Source: Ginglymostoma cirratum (Eukaryota). Taken from it: a stretch of DNA of 64,000 nt. Position numbers and translations under genes: made by a program. The notes under the pieces are model-generated. The model did not search any database, was not told where the DNA came from, and saw nothing but the letters and a program-made list of their open reading frames with translations. Position 1 is the stretch's first letter. Every line of letters starts with the position of its first letter. Positions 38,481 to 51,439 of the stretch are shown here, one piece after another. The stretch lies in the NCBI GenBank assembly GCA_024137785.1, contig JAHRHZ010000009.1, positions 5,321,371-5,385,370 on the forward strand, written 5' to 3'.

Positions 38481-39403
38481 AATGTTGAAGGCTTAAAGTT
38501 GAGGCTGAAGTGGATTATCCACTGAGTTCCACAATGTATACCAGGTAAAGAACGTCAGCCAGAATTTGAAGAATATTTGACCAAAGAGGAAAAGACATAA
38601 CTCATCGTCCATGAGGGAAGAACGTGAAGACGCAGACCACTTTGGGAAAGAATTCTAGTGTATGAGGTCTCAGTGAATGTTGGAATACATGGGGCAGAAT
38701 GCAGTGTATCAGAAGCCAGAGTCAGAAAAATGGATAATTTAAGGAAGTTGAGGTTTATAGAGCAGAGAGAGATTTCAGGAAAAGGGAGGCACAAAGTTAT
38801 GAAGGGAGGATTGATCTATGAAACATGCCCAGATTTTAAGCAAAAACTTGTAACATAACTTTGCAGCATTTACTTGAAATTCATCCCAAATGACTGATTC
38901 AAAGTATGTTACAGTCATTATCCCACTGTAAGCAACACTTGCAGAAAGATAGAAGCCACATATGCCCTTATGGCACCAGATCCTTTCTAAATATTGCACC
39001 TTAATCTCAGTGCACTGACTGTTCCTGTTAATTACACTTGGAAATACTTCCTTTGAGTTCTCTTAGTAGAAATAGTTTGAATTATGGCAATCATCATTGA
39101 AATACACGCAGCTAGTTTCGTGTCTCACAATATGAAGAAGTGGGGAACTTAGTTCCTTTAAAGGTCCTTTGAATGATCTCATGAAAACAACATTTTCAAA
39201 TTGAGCAGAACACACTATGTGAGTGTGAACTTGTCATTTTCTCCATTTGTTTAGTCAGAAGGTAATGCTTAGTCATTCTGTAACTGGCAATAAAGCTTTC
39301 CTCTAAAACTTTCATTATATCTTACAATTATTAATCTTTTAATCTGATTGAATATTAATTTTCCTTGCATTTTAATCAATTTAATTTTTGTCTAAAGCTG
39401 ATT

Positions 39404-39803
39404 NNNNNNNNNNNNNNNNNNNNNNNNNNNNNNNNNNNNNNNNNNNNNNNNNNNNNNNNNNNNNNNNNNNNNNNNNNNNNNNNNNNNNNNNNNNNNNNNN
39501 NNNNNNNNNNNNNNNNNNNNNNNNNNNNNNNNNNNNNNNNNNNNNNNNNNNNNNNNNNNNNNNNNNNNNNNNNNNNNNNNNNNNNNNNNNNNNNNNNNNN
39601 NNNNNNNNNNNNNNNNNNNNNNNNNNNNNNNNNNNNNNNNNNNNNNNNNNNNNNNNNNNNNNNNNNNNNNNNNNNNNNNNNNNNNNNNNNNNNNNNNNNN
39701 NNNNNNNNNNNNNNNNNNNNNNNNNNNNNNNNNNNNNNNNNNNNNNNNNNNNNNNNNNNNNNNNNNNNNNNNNNNNNNNNNNNNNNNNNNNNNNNNNNNN
39801 NNN
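39404..39803. other. Assembly gap (400 N)
   Basis: Run of N; a PLE tail (39804-39855) starts immediately at its right edge. Confidence 1.
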
Positions 39804-39875
39804 TCTACACCTTGTTATCTCAGATTCTCCAGCATCTGCAGTTCCTATTATCTCTTAGTTTAACAAGGACCTGGT

Positions 39876-40163
39876 TCATAGAGTTCATAGAATCACTACA
39901 GTGTGGAAACGGGCCCTTCGACCCAACAAGTCCACACCGGCCCTCAGGGCATCCCACACAGACCCATCCCCCTAATCTACACATCTCTGAACACTATGGG
40001 CAATTTAGCATGGCCAATCCACCTAAGCTTTGGACTGTGGGAGGAAACCAGAGCACCCAGAGGAAACCCACGCAGACACGGGGAGAATGTGCAAACTCCA
40101 TACAGTCGCCTGAGGTGAGAATCAAACCTGGGTCCCTGGTGCTGTAAGGCAGCAGTGCTAACC
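39876..40163 (-). mobile_element. HE1/V-SINE
   Basis: ggactgtgggaggaaaccagagcacccagaggaaacccacgcagacacggggagaatgtgcaaactcc...gcagcagtgctaacca. Confidence 0.9.
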
Positions 40164-41736
40164 ATTTTCATGATTCAAATAGGATAGCTAAACACAAGTA
40201 AGAGATAAAACCTAAGTCCGACTTGATTTGTCAATGTTAGTGCTGTTCCACATAATGTGGAGACTGTGAGCTAATTCAGTGATGTTGTCATCTACTGAAT
40301 TATAATGATAAGGCTCAGGACAAGGCCTTTTGGACTATTGTGCCTATACCAGCTCTTTGGATAAGTTATCCAATTAATTCCACACCCTTGCATATTTCCC
40401 ATCACCATGTAATTTCATTTTATTGTTTCTGTTCTGTCCTGTCTTCAGATTTACAACGATATCTAAGACAGAGGGTAGAATTTTCCCAGCCTCTGAATGA
40501 TGTGGGCAATAACAAGAAAGTTGGGAAAATGCAACTGGAGAGAAAAAAAAACTGAGATTTTCAATGTTAAGAAATAATGAGAATCTTGCTAGAGAGCAGC
40601 AGGGGGCTATTTGCACACATTGATGTCTCATTCCTACCTAATTGCACTTCATTATATACATGTTGCTATTTTCCCAGGTAATGGTGAGAAACTAGATGGA
40701 ATTAATTTGCACCTTAAAAGACAAAGCGATTACCTGGCAGCTGCAGGCCACCGGCACTTTTGCCTAACCATCCATCTTGGTAAGTATTTCTCAACACCTC
40801 ATTGCATGCTTCATGGGCTGCAGCTGTCTGTACTTTCTGTCCACGCAGCTTGGCATTGACAAAGCACTGGCCTCACAATATCACCATGGTATATATTTCA
40901 GACTAACTTACAATGCAGTTCATACTGTGCTTTAGAACTCACTGACATTTTGCGTTGGAATGCTTCTGCTGGTTCACATTATGCGCAGGGGCCTTAGAAC
41001 ATCTCACAGCTCTGAGCTAACTTGCTGAGAGCTCACTTGCTTTGTGATGATTTGGGGTGTTCACAGCAGTTGTATCTTGCGTTGCCTTTTAGAGCAGGTA
41101 GAAAGCCAGACAGCTCGTCATGGTTGCCAGCAATGATCAGTCAAAAGAGTGGACGTGTTGTTGGGCAGCATTGTGTAATGTCAATATCACACCCACAGCA
41201 TGTGTCAGCAGTTAATGTAGCAAGAACGCTGCATGTGTTTCAACTGGATGGCCTTTTCTGGAAGTACAGGGAGAGTTCTTTATCCAGTCAAGTGGGACTA
41301 GGGTCAATAAAGGGCTGTTTTGGGGAAACCAAGTGTGGGGATTGGAGGCACCATGTTTGGGTGGAAAAGAGAAATCATTGTAAAGGTGTGTAGCTCCACA
41401 TATAGACATTGGAGGCAGTAGAACATGAGAGGGCATGGGGTACCTTAGGAAGCAGTTCATTGATGACCATCAGTACACTGGCTTCAATTGGAAGACATGG
41501 GTGACCATATTGGTTATTACTCAGCGTTAGGCATGAGACTCAGCATAACCTGTAAGCCAAACGGTTTAAACAAAAAAAAATTTTGGGCGGGGACATGGGG
41601 AGAATCAAACCTGATGAATTTGGCAGGCACAGCAATTCAGAAAAGAATATGAAAGTTTGGGTGATGGAATTAGTGAGAACAACAGGGGGAACCTGTAATT
41701 CACTCTTTCAAAAGAAAGCTGCAAAGCTTTCCATCT

Positions 41737-41960
41737 TAGATAGCAGGAACTGCAGATGCTGGAGAATCTGAGATAACAAGGTGTAGAGCTGGATGAGCAC
41801 AGCAGGCCAAGCAACATCAGAGGAACAGGAAGGCCGATGCTCCGGGTCTAGACCTTTCTTCTTTTCTGAAGAAGGGTCTAGGCCCGAAACGTCAGCCTTC
41901 CTGCTCCTCTGATGCTGCTTGGCCTGCTGTGTTCATCCAGCTCTACACCTTGTTATCTCA
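41737..41960. mobile_element. Inverted pair of young PLE tails (hairpin, ~90-bp arms) with hammerhead motif at 41866-41893
   Basis: gagataacaaggtgtagagctggatgagcacagcaggccaagc... is the reverse complement of ...gcttggcctgctgtgttcatccagctctacaccttgttatctc; CTGAAGA-agggtctaggccc-GAAAC-GTC. Confidence 0.85.
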
Positions 41961-43459
41961 AGCTTACCATCTTCATTTGATTGTCAGCTGCACAAAGAAC
42001 ATGAGAAATGTCTGCTCGAGTGGTTGGAGCAGGCCACATAAGTTTGAATTTCTTAATTTGTGGCAATGGACTCTACATGTGAGTGTCATGTGGCCCTTCC
42101 AAGAGCAGTAATCAGACATTCTCATATCCCGGGTTAAAGACATCTATGATCATAACATTCTGCATCTGCTCCTCTTTCGTGGACTAACTATATACATTAC
42201 TAATCCTGGTCACAAGCAATTCTGACCATATCTTTAATCATTACAAATTAATTCTAGTAACCTTTGTGAAGCATAACTCATCTCAAATGACCTTCAATGT
42301 GTTAGCTGTGGTCCACAATTTACAAAAAACAAGTTCAAAACTCTGAGGCTAAACAAGAGCACAGAGTTACTTTTATCTCAGGTGTAGTATAGTTGTTTCC
42401 ATTTTGGGCGGTGATGAGGAACAGAAGGCATTATCTCAGAATGAGGGGCTGCATATTTAAAACAGAGATGAGGAGGAATTTCTTCAATGTGAGGATAATG
42501 AATTTGTGGAATTCTTTACTGCAAAGATCTATTGAGGCTCAATCATTAATTATTTTGAATAGTGAGAGTGATAGATTATTGGAGAAACTCAACAAGTCTG
42601 GCAGTGTCTGTGGGGAGAACCTCAGGAGTCAGTTCAGTTGACTGAACCTTAATCCGTACATCACTTATATCATTGTTTCCAACATTGATCCTGATTTCAA
42701 ACTGTTCTAATATCATATTTTTACCCTGACACCAGGAAGGTAACAAACTGTTCAGAACTCATTTCAGTGCTTTCAGAAATGTCTGCCTTTCCCAGATTTT
42801 ATTTTCTGAATCCTTGATAATGCCTGCATTTGTGCTCTCACAGCAGGTAAGTTTAATATCAAGCACAGACCATCCTAAACCCAGCATTTGTTCAATCTGA
42901 CCAGTGTTGATAAAGTGTAACTAAACAGTGACATTGCAGCACAAGTTTTTTGGTTGATAGAATCTGGAGAAATGTATGAGGCTTTGACCCTACCTAAGCC
43001 TCCTTTGTCTATCAAAGGCTGTACTGTTGCAAGAGCAAGAGTTAACATAAGAATGTCAGAACTTGATGATGAAGAAAATCCACCTGGTTCACCTCTGGCA
43101 CTCTGTTCGTCTCATGATACAATCATAATGCAGTTAGTGATTAATGATAGCAATAAATCATTGCACATTAGTCTACACCAGACACAGAAATGACATGAGG
43201 AAAACCCCAGTGGTGGAGAGCTTTGTGAACTATGGGTTCAAAGTCACCTTTGTCCTTGCAATCATAATAGACTGTGTCTGTTCTCATCTATTTCTTTTGC
43301 ATTTGATTAAAATCAATACTAACCACTTTCACGATACTCCTCAGGAGCCAGTTCCAAAAATTGACTGAAACATTCTTGACTTTACCACATCTGGTTCCGT
43401 GGTGTCCAGTCAAGGTGAAAGAAGTTGTTATTATTGTGGTCTACTTTGTTTAGCTATCA

Positions 43460-44415
43460 TTCTGGGATCAGTGCTTGGACCCCAGCTATTTACTGTACAT
43501 ATTAATGATTTAGATGAGGGAACTAAATGGTATATGTCCAAATATGCAGATGATACAAAACTGAGTGGGAGGATGAGCTGTAAAGAGGATGCAGAGATGC
43601 TCAGGTATCACTTAGACAAGTTTGAGTGAGTGAGCAAATGCATGGCAGATGCAGCAGAAGTGAGGTCATACTCGTTGCTAGCAAAAATAAGAAGGCAGAT
43701 GATATCTGAACGACGATAGGTTGGGAAAGTGGGAGGTTCAACAAGACATCACTGTCTTTGTAGACCAGACCCTGAAAGTAAGCATGCACGTGCAGCAGGT
43801 GGGGAAGAATGCAAACAATATGTTGGCTTTCATAGAGAGAGGATTTGAGTACAGGAGCGGAGATGTCTTGCTGCAATTGTATAGCTGGAATATTGTATTC
43901 AGCTTTAGTCTTCTTGTCTGAGGATGCATGGTCTGGCTATTGAAGCAGTGTATCAAAAGTTTACCAGACTGATGTCAGGACAGATATATGAAGACTGATT
44001 GGATCAGTTAGAAGAATGTTTAGAAGAATGAGGATTGAATCTCACAGAAACCTATAAAATCCCAACAAGGCTACACAAGGTAAAAAGCAGCATGAATGTC
44101 TTCAATGATCAAGGAGTCTAGAACTGGGTCACGGTCTAAGGATATGGATGGGCTATTTCATATTGAGATGAAGGGAAATTTTATCACCTAGAGAGTGGTG
44201 AGCCTGTGGAATTTTCTGCCACAGAAAGTGGTTGAGGCCAAAACATTGAATGTTTATCAAGAAGGAGTTAGATATAGGTCTTAGGGCTAAAACAGTCAAA
44301 GGGTATTGGGTAAAAGCAGGAACAGGGTACTAAATCAGATTATGAGCCATGATAATGTTAAATGGCAGAGCAGGCTTGAAGGACAAATATCTGAGTCCTG
44401 TTCATATTTTCTATG
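43460..44415 (+). mobile_element. CR1 LINE 3' fragment (RT)
   Basis: GSVLGPQLFTVHINDLDEGTKWYMSKYADDTKLSG and MLAFIERGFEYRS, followed by the CR1 3' tail. Confidence 0.9.
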
Positions 44416-44869
44416 CTTGATTGGGGTAGGTTGATTTGAGCTAGAATTTCTGAAGTGTTGAAAAGGCTCCATGCCTCCATGCTTTCATCAGAAATGATGC
44501 CAGAGGCTGGACCTGTCATGTCCCATCCCCAAATGCATGTCCCACCTTTATCTGAAGGGTGGAGGAATGGGAACAGAGCTTTTTCATAGGACAAAAGTAA
44601 GTAAGAACAGGAGTAGGCTATTCAGCCCATTGAGCCTGCTCAACCATTCAAATGAGATCATAAGTGTTCTTCTCTGGGGTGGAACAATGTCGATTTATTA
44701 CCCTCGAAGTGAAGAAATTTCTCCTCATCTCAGTCCTGAGGTCGCCTTCTGTGTTTCCAGACACACCAGCCACAGGAAATATCCCCCATATAAAAACATT
44801 GTTGAGCCCTGTTAGAATTCTGTGTGTTTAAATGAGAAAACCTCTCCTTCTTCTAAATTTCTTTCTCTT

Positions 44870-46190
44870 CATTCATGGCAAGTAGGAATTGCTGGCTGGG
44901 CTGGCATTTATTGCCTATCCTCAGTTGCTCTTCAGGAGATGATGGCAAGCTGCCCTCTTGAAGGCTGCAGTCCATTTGGTATAGGGAACCTGGATCTTGA
45001 CCTGGTAACATTAAAGCAATTGTGATACATTTCCAGGTTAGCATGGCACACAACATAGAGGGAAATATATAGGTAGTGGTGTTCCAATGTATCTGCTGCC
45101 CTTGTTCTTCTATATGGTCATGGTCATAGGCTTGGAAGGTGCTATCTAGAAACCCTGATGAATTCTTATAGTGCCATTATATATGGTTCACATTTCTGCT
45201 ACAGAGTATCAGTAATTGAAGAAGTGAATGTCTGTGAATGTAGTCCTACCAAATGAGTTGCATTGTCCTGGATGATCATGCTTCTTGAATGTTGTTGGAG
45301 CAGCACTCATCAAGTCCAGTGGGGAATTTTCAATGACACTGCTGATTTACATTTTGGCGATGGTGGACACACTTTGGCAAGTCAGGACACGAGTTATTCA
45401 ATACAGGATTCCAAACCTTAGAACAATGTTTGTAGCCACAGCATTTATATGCCTAGTCCAGTTCAGTTTCTATCCAATAGTAATCCCTAGATGTTGATAG
45501 TTGGGATTCAGCGATGGCAATGCCTTTGAATGTCAAGGGGTGATGGTTAGATTCTCATGTGCTAGAGATAATCATTGTCTGGCATTCATCTGATGTGAAT
45601 GTCATTTATCACTTTCAACCTAGGCCTGCATATTGTCCAGATCTTGTTGCATTTGAACGAGGACTGCATCAGTATCGGAGGAGTTGTGAATGGTGCTGAA
45701 CATTGTGCAATCATTAGCGAATCTTCCAACTTCTGACCTTATGATGCAGGGAAAGTCAATACTGAAACAATTAAGATGGTTGGGTCTAGGACGTTATCCT
45801 GAGGAGTTCCTGCAGAGGTGTCCTGGAACTGAGCTGACTGACCTCCAACAGCCATGACCATCTTCCTTTGTGCTAGATATGACTTCAACTAGGAGAGAGA
45901 GCTTTTCCCCTGATTTGCATTGATTCCAGTTTTTAAAGTGTTCCCAGATGCGACATTCAGTCAAACACAGCCTTGATGTCAAGGGCAGTTACTCTCACCT
46001 CACCTCTGGAAATCTATGGAGTAAGGCTGTAATGATGTCAGAAGCTGAGTATCCCTGTTGGAAGTGTATTCTAAGCTTCAGTGAGCAGGTTATTGCGAAG
46101 CAGGTGCTGCTTGATAGTACTGTTAATGTTAACTTCCATCACTTTACTGAAGATCGAGAGGAGACTGATGCAGTGGTAATTGGCTGGGAG
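44870..46190 (-). mobile_element. CR1/L2-clade LINE 3' fragment; tail partner of SINE family B
   Basis: RT remnant LDIKAVFD..W...VVGGQSAQFQDTSAGTPQD; 3' tail aggcaataaatgccagcccagccagc...catgaatgaa. Confidence 0.85.
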
Positions 46191-47759
46191 GAGTTTTCTA
46201 CCAATCACTCAAAACAGTGATAACTTGTCCATCAAACTGTATCATGCACAGAGTTCCAATGTTTTAATGATAAGATAGAGCAATGGCAGGGAAGGAAAAG
46301 AAATCCTGTGATCTTAGGATGCCCTTCCCATGAACATAAAGATTTGAAAGTTGAGAATCGGCTTCATAAAGATCCATAATAGGAACTTGCAACGCAGAAA
46401 AATGTCAGGCTCAATAAAGGACAGATATCAACAACAATGACAACAAATGATGTGCAGCTCAAAAACAATTCCTGCTCCTATGATGCTGCTTGGCCTGCTG
46501 TGTTCATCCAGCCCCACGCCTTGTTATAACTAATTGCTAAAATACTTTGAAACATCTTGGGGTGAGAAGAAAATGTAATATTATTGTTCCTTTTCTTCTT
46601 TTTTGCTCTTCTTCCTATGTGCTAAATTTGTACTAAAGTCTTCCTACTTGTCCATTATGTGCATTGAAGCAACCACATACCACTTCCTACTTGTGCTCAG
46701 GAACATTAAACATTTATGGAAGAGAGCTACCCCAGTGATTGTTGTAAATTGAAATATATACTACCATATAAGATGGTTTTAATGGCCAGGAGTTTCGAAT
46801 GCTACATAGTCACTCCTGCAGCTTATATGAGAGTTGTACATCAGGATCCTGCAAATTTTCTGATGTAGCAGATTCAGAGAGAATTATTCAGGAAAGCTGT
46901 TATTCCAATGGGCAATTCTCCCGAACCTGGAGTTCTCCATTTAAATTGGAGTCTTCAAAGAGGTCAGTTTGTCCTTGCCCAGAAAAAGCTAGAAGGCTAA
47001 AAATGTGTTCTGACACTCGAGTAGTTATCGAATTGACACCTCCTGCTCACCATTCACTCCCCAACTGTATCTCCCCCGAAGCCTTATACCCCCTCAAGCT
47101 TGAAACTTCCCCTCTCCCCGCAACTGATAAATTCCCCCCGATAAATCTGCCTCCAACTTAACACTCCCACACTTGTGAGACTCAGCAACCCTTCTCCTAT
47201 TTTACACCTGGCACATCTTCTCTTCCCAACTGACCCAATAACCTCAGCCCTCTCCAACCCAGCCTAAACATTCCATCAACTGCCTGGCACCCTACCCATC
47301 TTGTCCTCTGGCACCTCTACCCACATGACATGCCACCCACCTGTCACCCTGAACACACCTCCCATACTTACACTTTCACAGGAGTTGTGAAAATGGCCCT
47401 CCATGCTCCTAGAAATTTAAAATACTTCAATTTGCAAAAGGTCAAGAAAGACCAGTCAAATGTGGTTGACAAAGGATGTTATAAGATTTTTTTTTAAAAA
47501 ATGGCTTACAAAGCTGCCAGAAATAACAGTAAATCTGAGAATTGGGTGTTTTTTAGAATATAACAAAGGAAGATCAGAAACTGATAAGGGAGTATTGAAA
47601 ATCAATATGGGATGAAATGCAGAGTTCTGTCTGAATGTAAAAACATAGGAGCCAAGTGGCAACCTGCCTATGACAGCCACGCCTCAGAAAGGCCCGTTAA
47701 ATCTTTGACATTAAAACAAGCATCCTTTGTTAAGTGTTGTTATAATGAACTAAACAATT

Positions 47760-48830
47760 CATGTTCATGGAATATGGCGCAAGGAGGGAAGGTGATGTGA
47801 CACTCAAGGGACAGATGGAAAACAGAGAGAAGTCCATGTTATTGTTATCGGCATGCAGGACCAGGTCAGTGGCTAGGAATTCTATCTCACCTCCACATTG
47901 TGCAAAGCCAGTCCACCACGTGCAATGCACATGTCAACAGTGTGTTCAAACACTCCCCCACTGGCTGGCTGTGTGCCATCCTGACAATGCTGAAGAAATT
48001 CAACATCAATCACAGCACAGTAGATTGCCTAATTGGCACATCATCCATCACCTTAATATTCATTCTCCTCAGTACAGATGCACTGGAGCGACTGCTCGCA
48101 GAATGCACCATCTATGAGAAGCACCAGAGCTTTGAAAGCACCTTTCAAACTTGTAAGCTCTACCACCTATAAGGACAAGAACAGTAGATGCTTGGGAACA
48201 CCAGCAGCTTTGAGGGAACACGAAAAACCACCACCTGAAAATTCACCTTCTCTCCACTCCTTTGCCCTAACTTGGAACTACATTATTCTTCCTTCATCGT
48301 CTCTGTGTCATAATCCTGGAACTCCCTTTCTAGCCGTCATGTAGGTGCCCATGATCTGCAGCAGTTCAAAAAGGTAGCTTCTTGGGGAGACAGTGGCATA
48401 GTGGCAATGTCATTAGGCCAATCATCCAGATGGTCTGGGGAATGTGGATTCCAATCCCATCATGGCAGATGCTGAAATTTGAATCTAATTAAAATCTGGA
48501 ATTAAAAGTCAGCCTATAGGGTAGCCATTGTGAAAAAAAATCAACTGGTTCATTAATACCCTTTAGGAAGGGAAATCTGCTATTCTTACCTTACCTGGCC
48601 TACATGTAAATCCAGACCCACAGAAATGTGCACTTTAACAACCATCTGAAATGGCTCTAGCAACCCACTTCAGTCAAGGGGCAATTAAGGATGGACAAGA
48701 ACTGTTAGCCAACTAAAGATATCTGTGTCCCTTGGATGAGAAATAAAAAGAATTCCTTCTCAAGGTCAGTTAGAGATTGCCAATAAATTTTGGCCGAGCC
48801 TATGACACCCACCTCCAATGAATATATGCA
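47760..48830 (+). mobile_element. LINE 3' end (same family) interrupted by SINE B at ~48384-48750
   Basis: The LINE tail gcagcagttcaaaaaggtagct breaks at ~48380 and resumes ccttctcaaggtcagttagagattgccaataaa at ~48755. Confidence 0.75.
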
Positions 48831-51439
48831 TACGAATATCTGATTTCTAGCTCATGAGACAACTTTCACAGTACACTTTGAAAGTTTTACATTAAAAATG
48901 GGAACTGATTTTACAATGAAAATTGTGCCCATAATGTATTTAAACACATGGACTTTATAATGAGATTATACGCTACTCAAGTACTGAGCATTCTGATACT
49001 CGGACTGGCATTTCAATATCAAAAAGCAATTCCCTGTAATTATGAAATTTCCGAGTTCAAAACAATTACCAACAATTATTGACTTAAATATAAATTAGAA
49101 GACTGAAATTTACAGTGGAAAAAGGTATTATCTGAGAATTACTGCATGAATCTCAAACAACTCTTAATAAAGTAAATAGACTAAGGTCCTCGTTAAATTT
49201 ATAGAGAAAGATGAATTTGATACGAATGTGTTAAGCACACATGTGATAAAAAATAATTTATTAGCTTTATTTTCTCAAAAGACAGAATCAACATGGACTT
49301 TTGATAAAGGTACAAAAAAGATAGTACAACAAGGTTAAATTTACTTGAAAAGCAGACTGCTGTTCATAATTGCCTCAACACTAATATCAAAAAGGAAGAA
49401 TTGAATATATTTGATAACTGCATAACTCACCTGAGAATGTAAAATAATATAAACCAAGAACATGCACCTCAGTCCGTCAATCTGGCAATTTCCAGTATCC
49501 AACGTCTAACTACTATTGTCAGAATCTTATAGCCGAAATTTCATATTTGCATAAACATAAGTAAATCATCTGAAAAGTGAAGGCTGTTCAAAATTTCCCA
49601 TTGACCTCCAAAACTTAATTAAACAAAACTCTAGGATAAGACTCTTACATAATGTTATACATGATTCAATTTGGCTTAATTTGTATTCTACTGATGATAT
49701 TGCCTTAGGTCCCACAGGACCAGAATCTAGAGTTCATGGTGTATTTGATCAGTTATATCATTGCTTGTCTTTATAACCTTCAAACCCTTTAATAGACATT
49801 GTCAAGGTCCTTTCCAACAAGTTAATCGACATAGTGTTTTTTTCAGCTCATGGAAGTTTATTCAACATATTGAGAACTTCTGAAATGCTTCATGCTTTTG
49901 AATTTGGGTTTTGGATTTAAGTTTATAGTTGGTCTCTGAACTTACATAAAGTTAGAGATGATGTGAAGAGATGATATTGATTATTAGAAGGGTGCAAAAA
50001 GCAGCATGAATTTGCTGTCACCTGTTTGGACATTGCCTGAGGCTCTAAATTCTGAAAATGATATAATGTCTGAATATCATTTTCCAATATGTTTCAAGGG
50101 ATTAAAATAAATCAAGGCACCAATAGGATTTGGCATTGACATTCAGCCCATATTGCTTGGTTTTTCAAGATTGTAGAGTGTCATTTTGCCTGTAAAATAT
50201 AGTCTGCAGTGTCAGTGCTGGGCGTGCTGGATACCATTCTGGTGAGGACATTGGCAACACATAAGGATCACCTGCTGCAGTCTGCAATGTAGACAAATCA
50301 TGCCATCAATCAGCATGTAACAGTCATTTGATACAAGTAGTGCCACTTTGGATCACAGTGCTTCAGTTAACAGCCTCTTTTAACAGGATGGATATCATTC
50401 AGCAGCGGGAAGGCCATCAATCAGTGTTACTTAAAGTGTTAGTTGCTGATTGATTGATTTCCGTGACCTCACTGTGACTGTATAAAAGTCTGATGATTTC
50501 CCGAGTCGTACAAAGCTGTTGAGGTCCAAAGGACATGGTGTGCTGAAGGACTTCGTCAGAATTTCAACAATTTCACTCGACTGTAAGACTCTGCAGAAAT
50601 AACACTGCTGGAGCTGGTATGTGACCATGTGCAGATGGTTTTGTTCTGCAGCAAAGTGCTGGTACATCTGTTTTTGAACCACAGCAATACGCCAGAGAGG
50701 ATGGCTATTGAGTGACAAGGACAATCCACTGACCATATGGTTCTGGTTCCAGTGGTGATCAGCACATATGTGAATGGCATGCATGCGATGAAGATCGTGC
50801 AATTACTTGAATTTGATTTAACAGACCTTTGGCATGCTTAACAATGTTTTCCATTGACTCAGTGTCTGCTGTACTCAGCAGAGTCTGTGCCAAGGTTTGA
50901 CATGGCCTGTGACATGCTGAACAACATCTCTATTGTGAAGGCACAGCATCATGATAACCAGCTGAGTGAGAAGAGATGGAAAGGAACAGGAAATGAACAC
51001 AGCCCCTTTCTGGGTGTGTTTTAATGACTGACTTACTTGCATGTGGTTCCCATGAACTTAACCCCCATTCCACATTCACCACCTGTCCCATATCATACCA
51101 TTTCTCTGGGCTGCATCTTGCCATATTTCAGGCAAGTGCAAATTTCATCTCATTTCTTGGAGAGTTTCACTCCCCCAAGGTCCAGTGTGATTTCTCACTA
51201 TATTGTCTTAAACTCACTTCTTTGACTACCTACACTGTCCCATGGTATCGTCCCATGGTGATATCCAAAGCTAGCCCAATTCTACCACTCATTGTACCAG
51301 GACAACATGCCACTGCTGGGATTGCTCAGAACAGAGCATCAACCGTGTTGCTACCACCATCCATAAAAGATTGTTGTGCACGCGGACCAGTATTGTAAGT
51401 CTTGAGCTGCCCTCCACATTGACGACATTTGCCCCAGAC

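Noticed and set aside
39365-40147. Long ORFs of 260 and 156 aa
   Set aside because: Artefacts of the N gap.
49440-49552. Immunoglobulin V-gene promoter and leader
   Set aside because: The leader is in the wrong phase and no V exon or recombination signal sequence is visible downstream.
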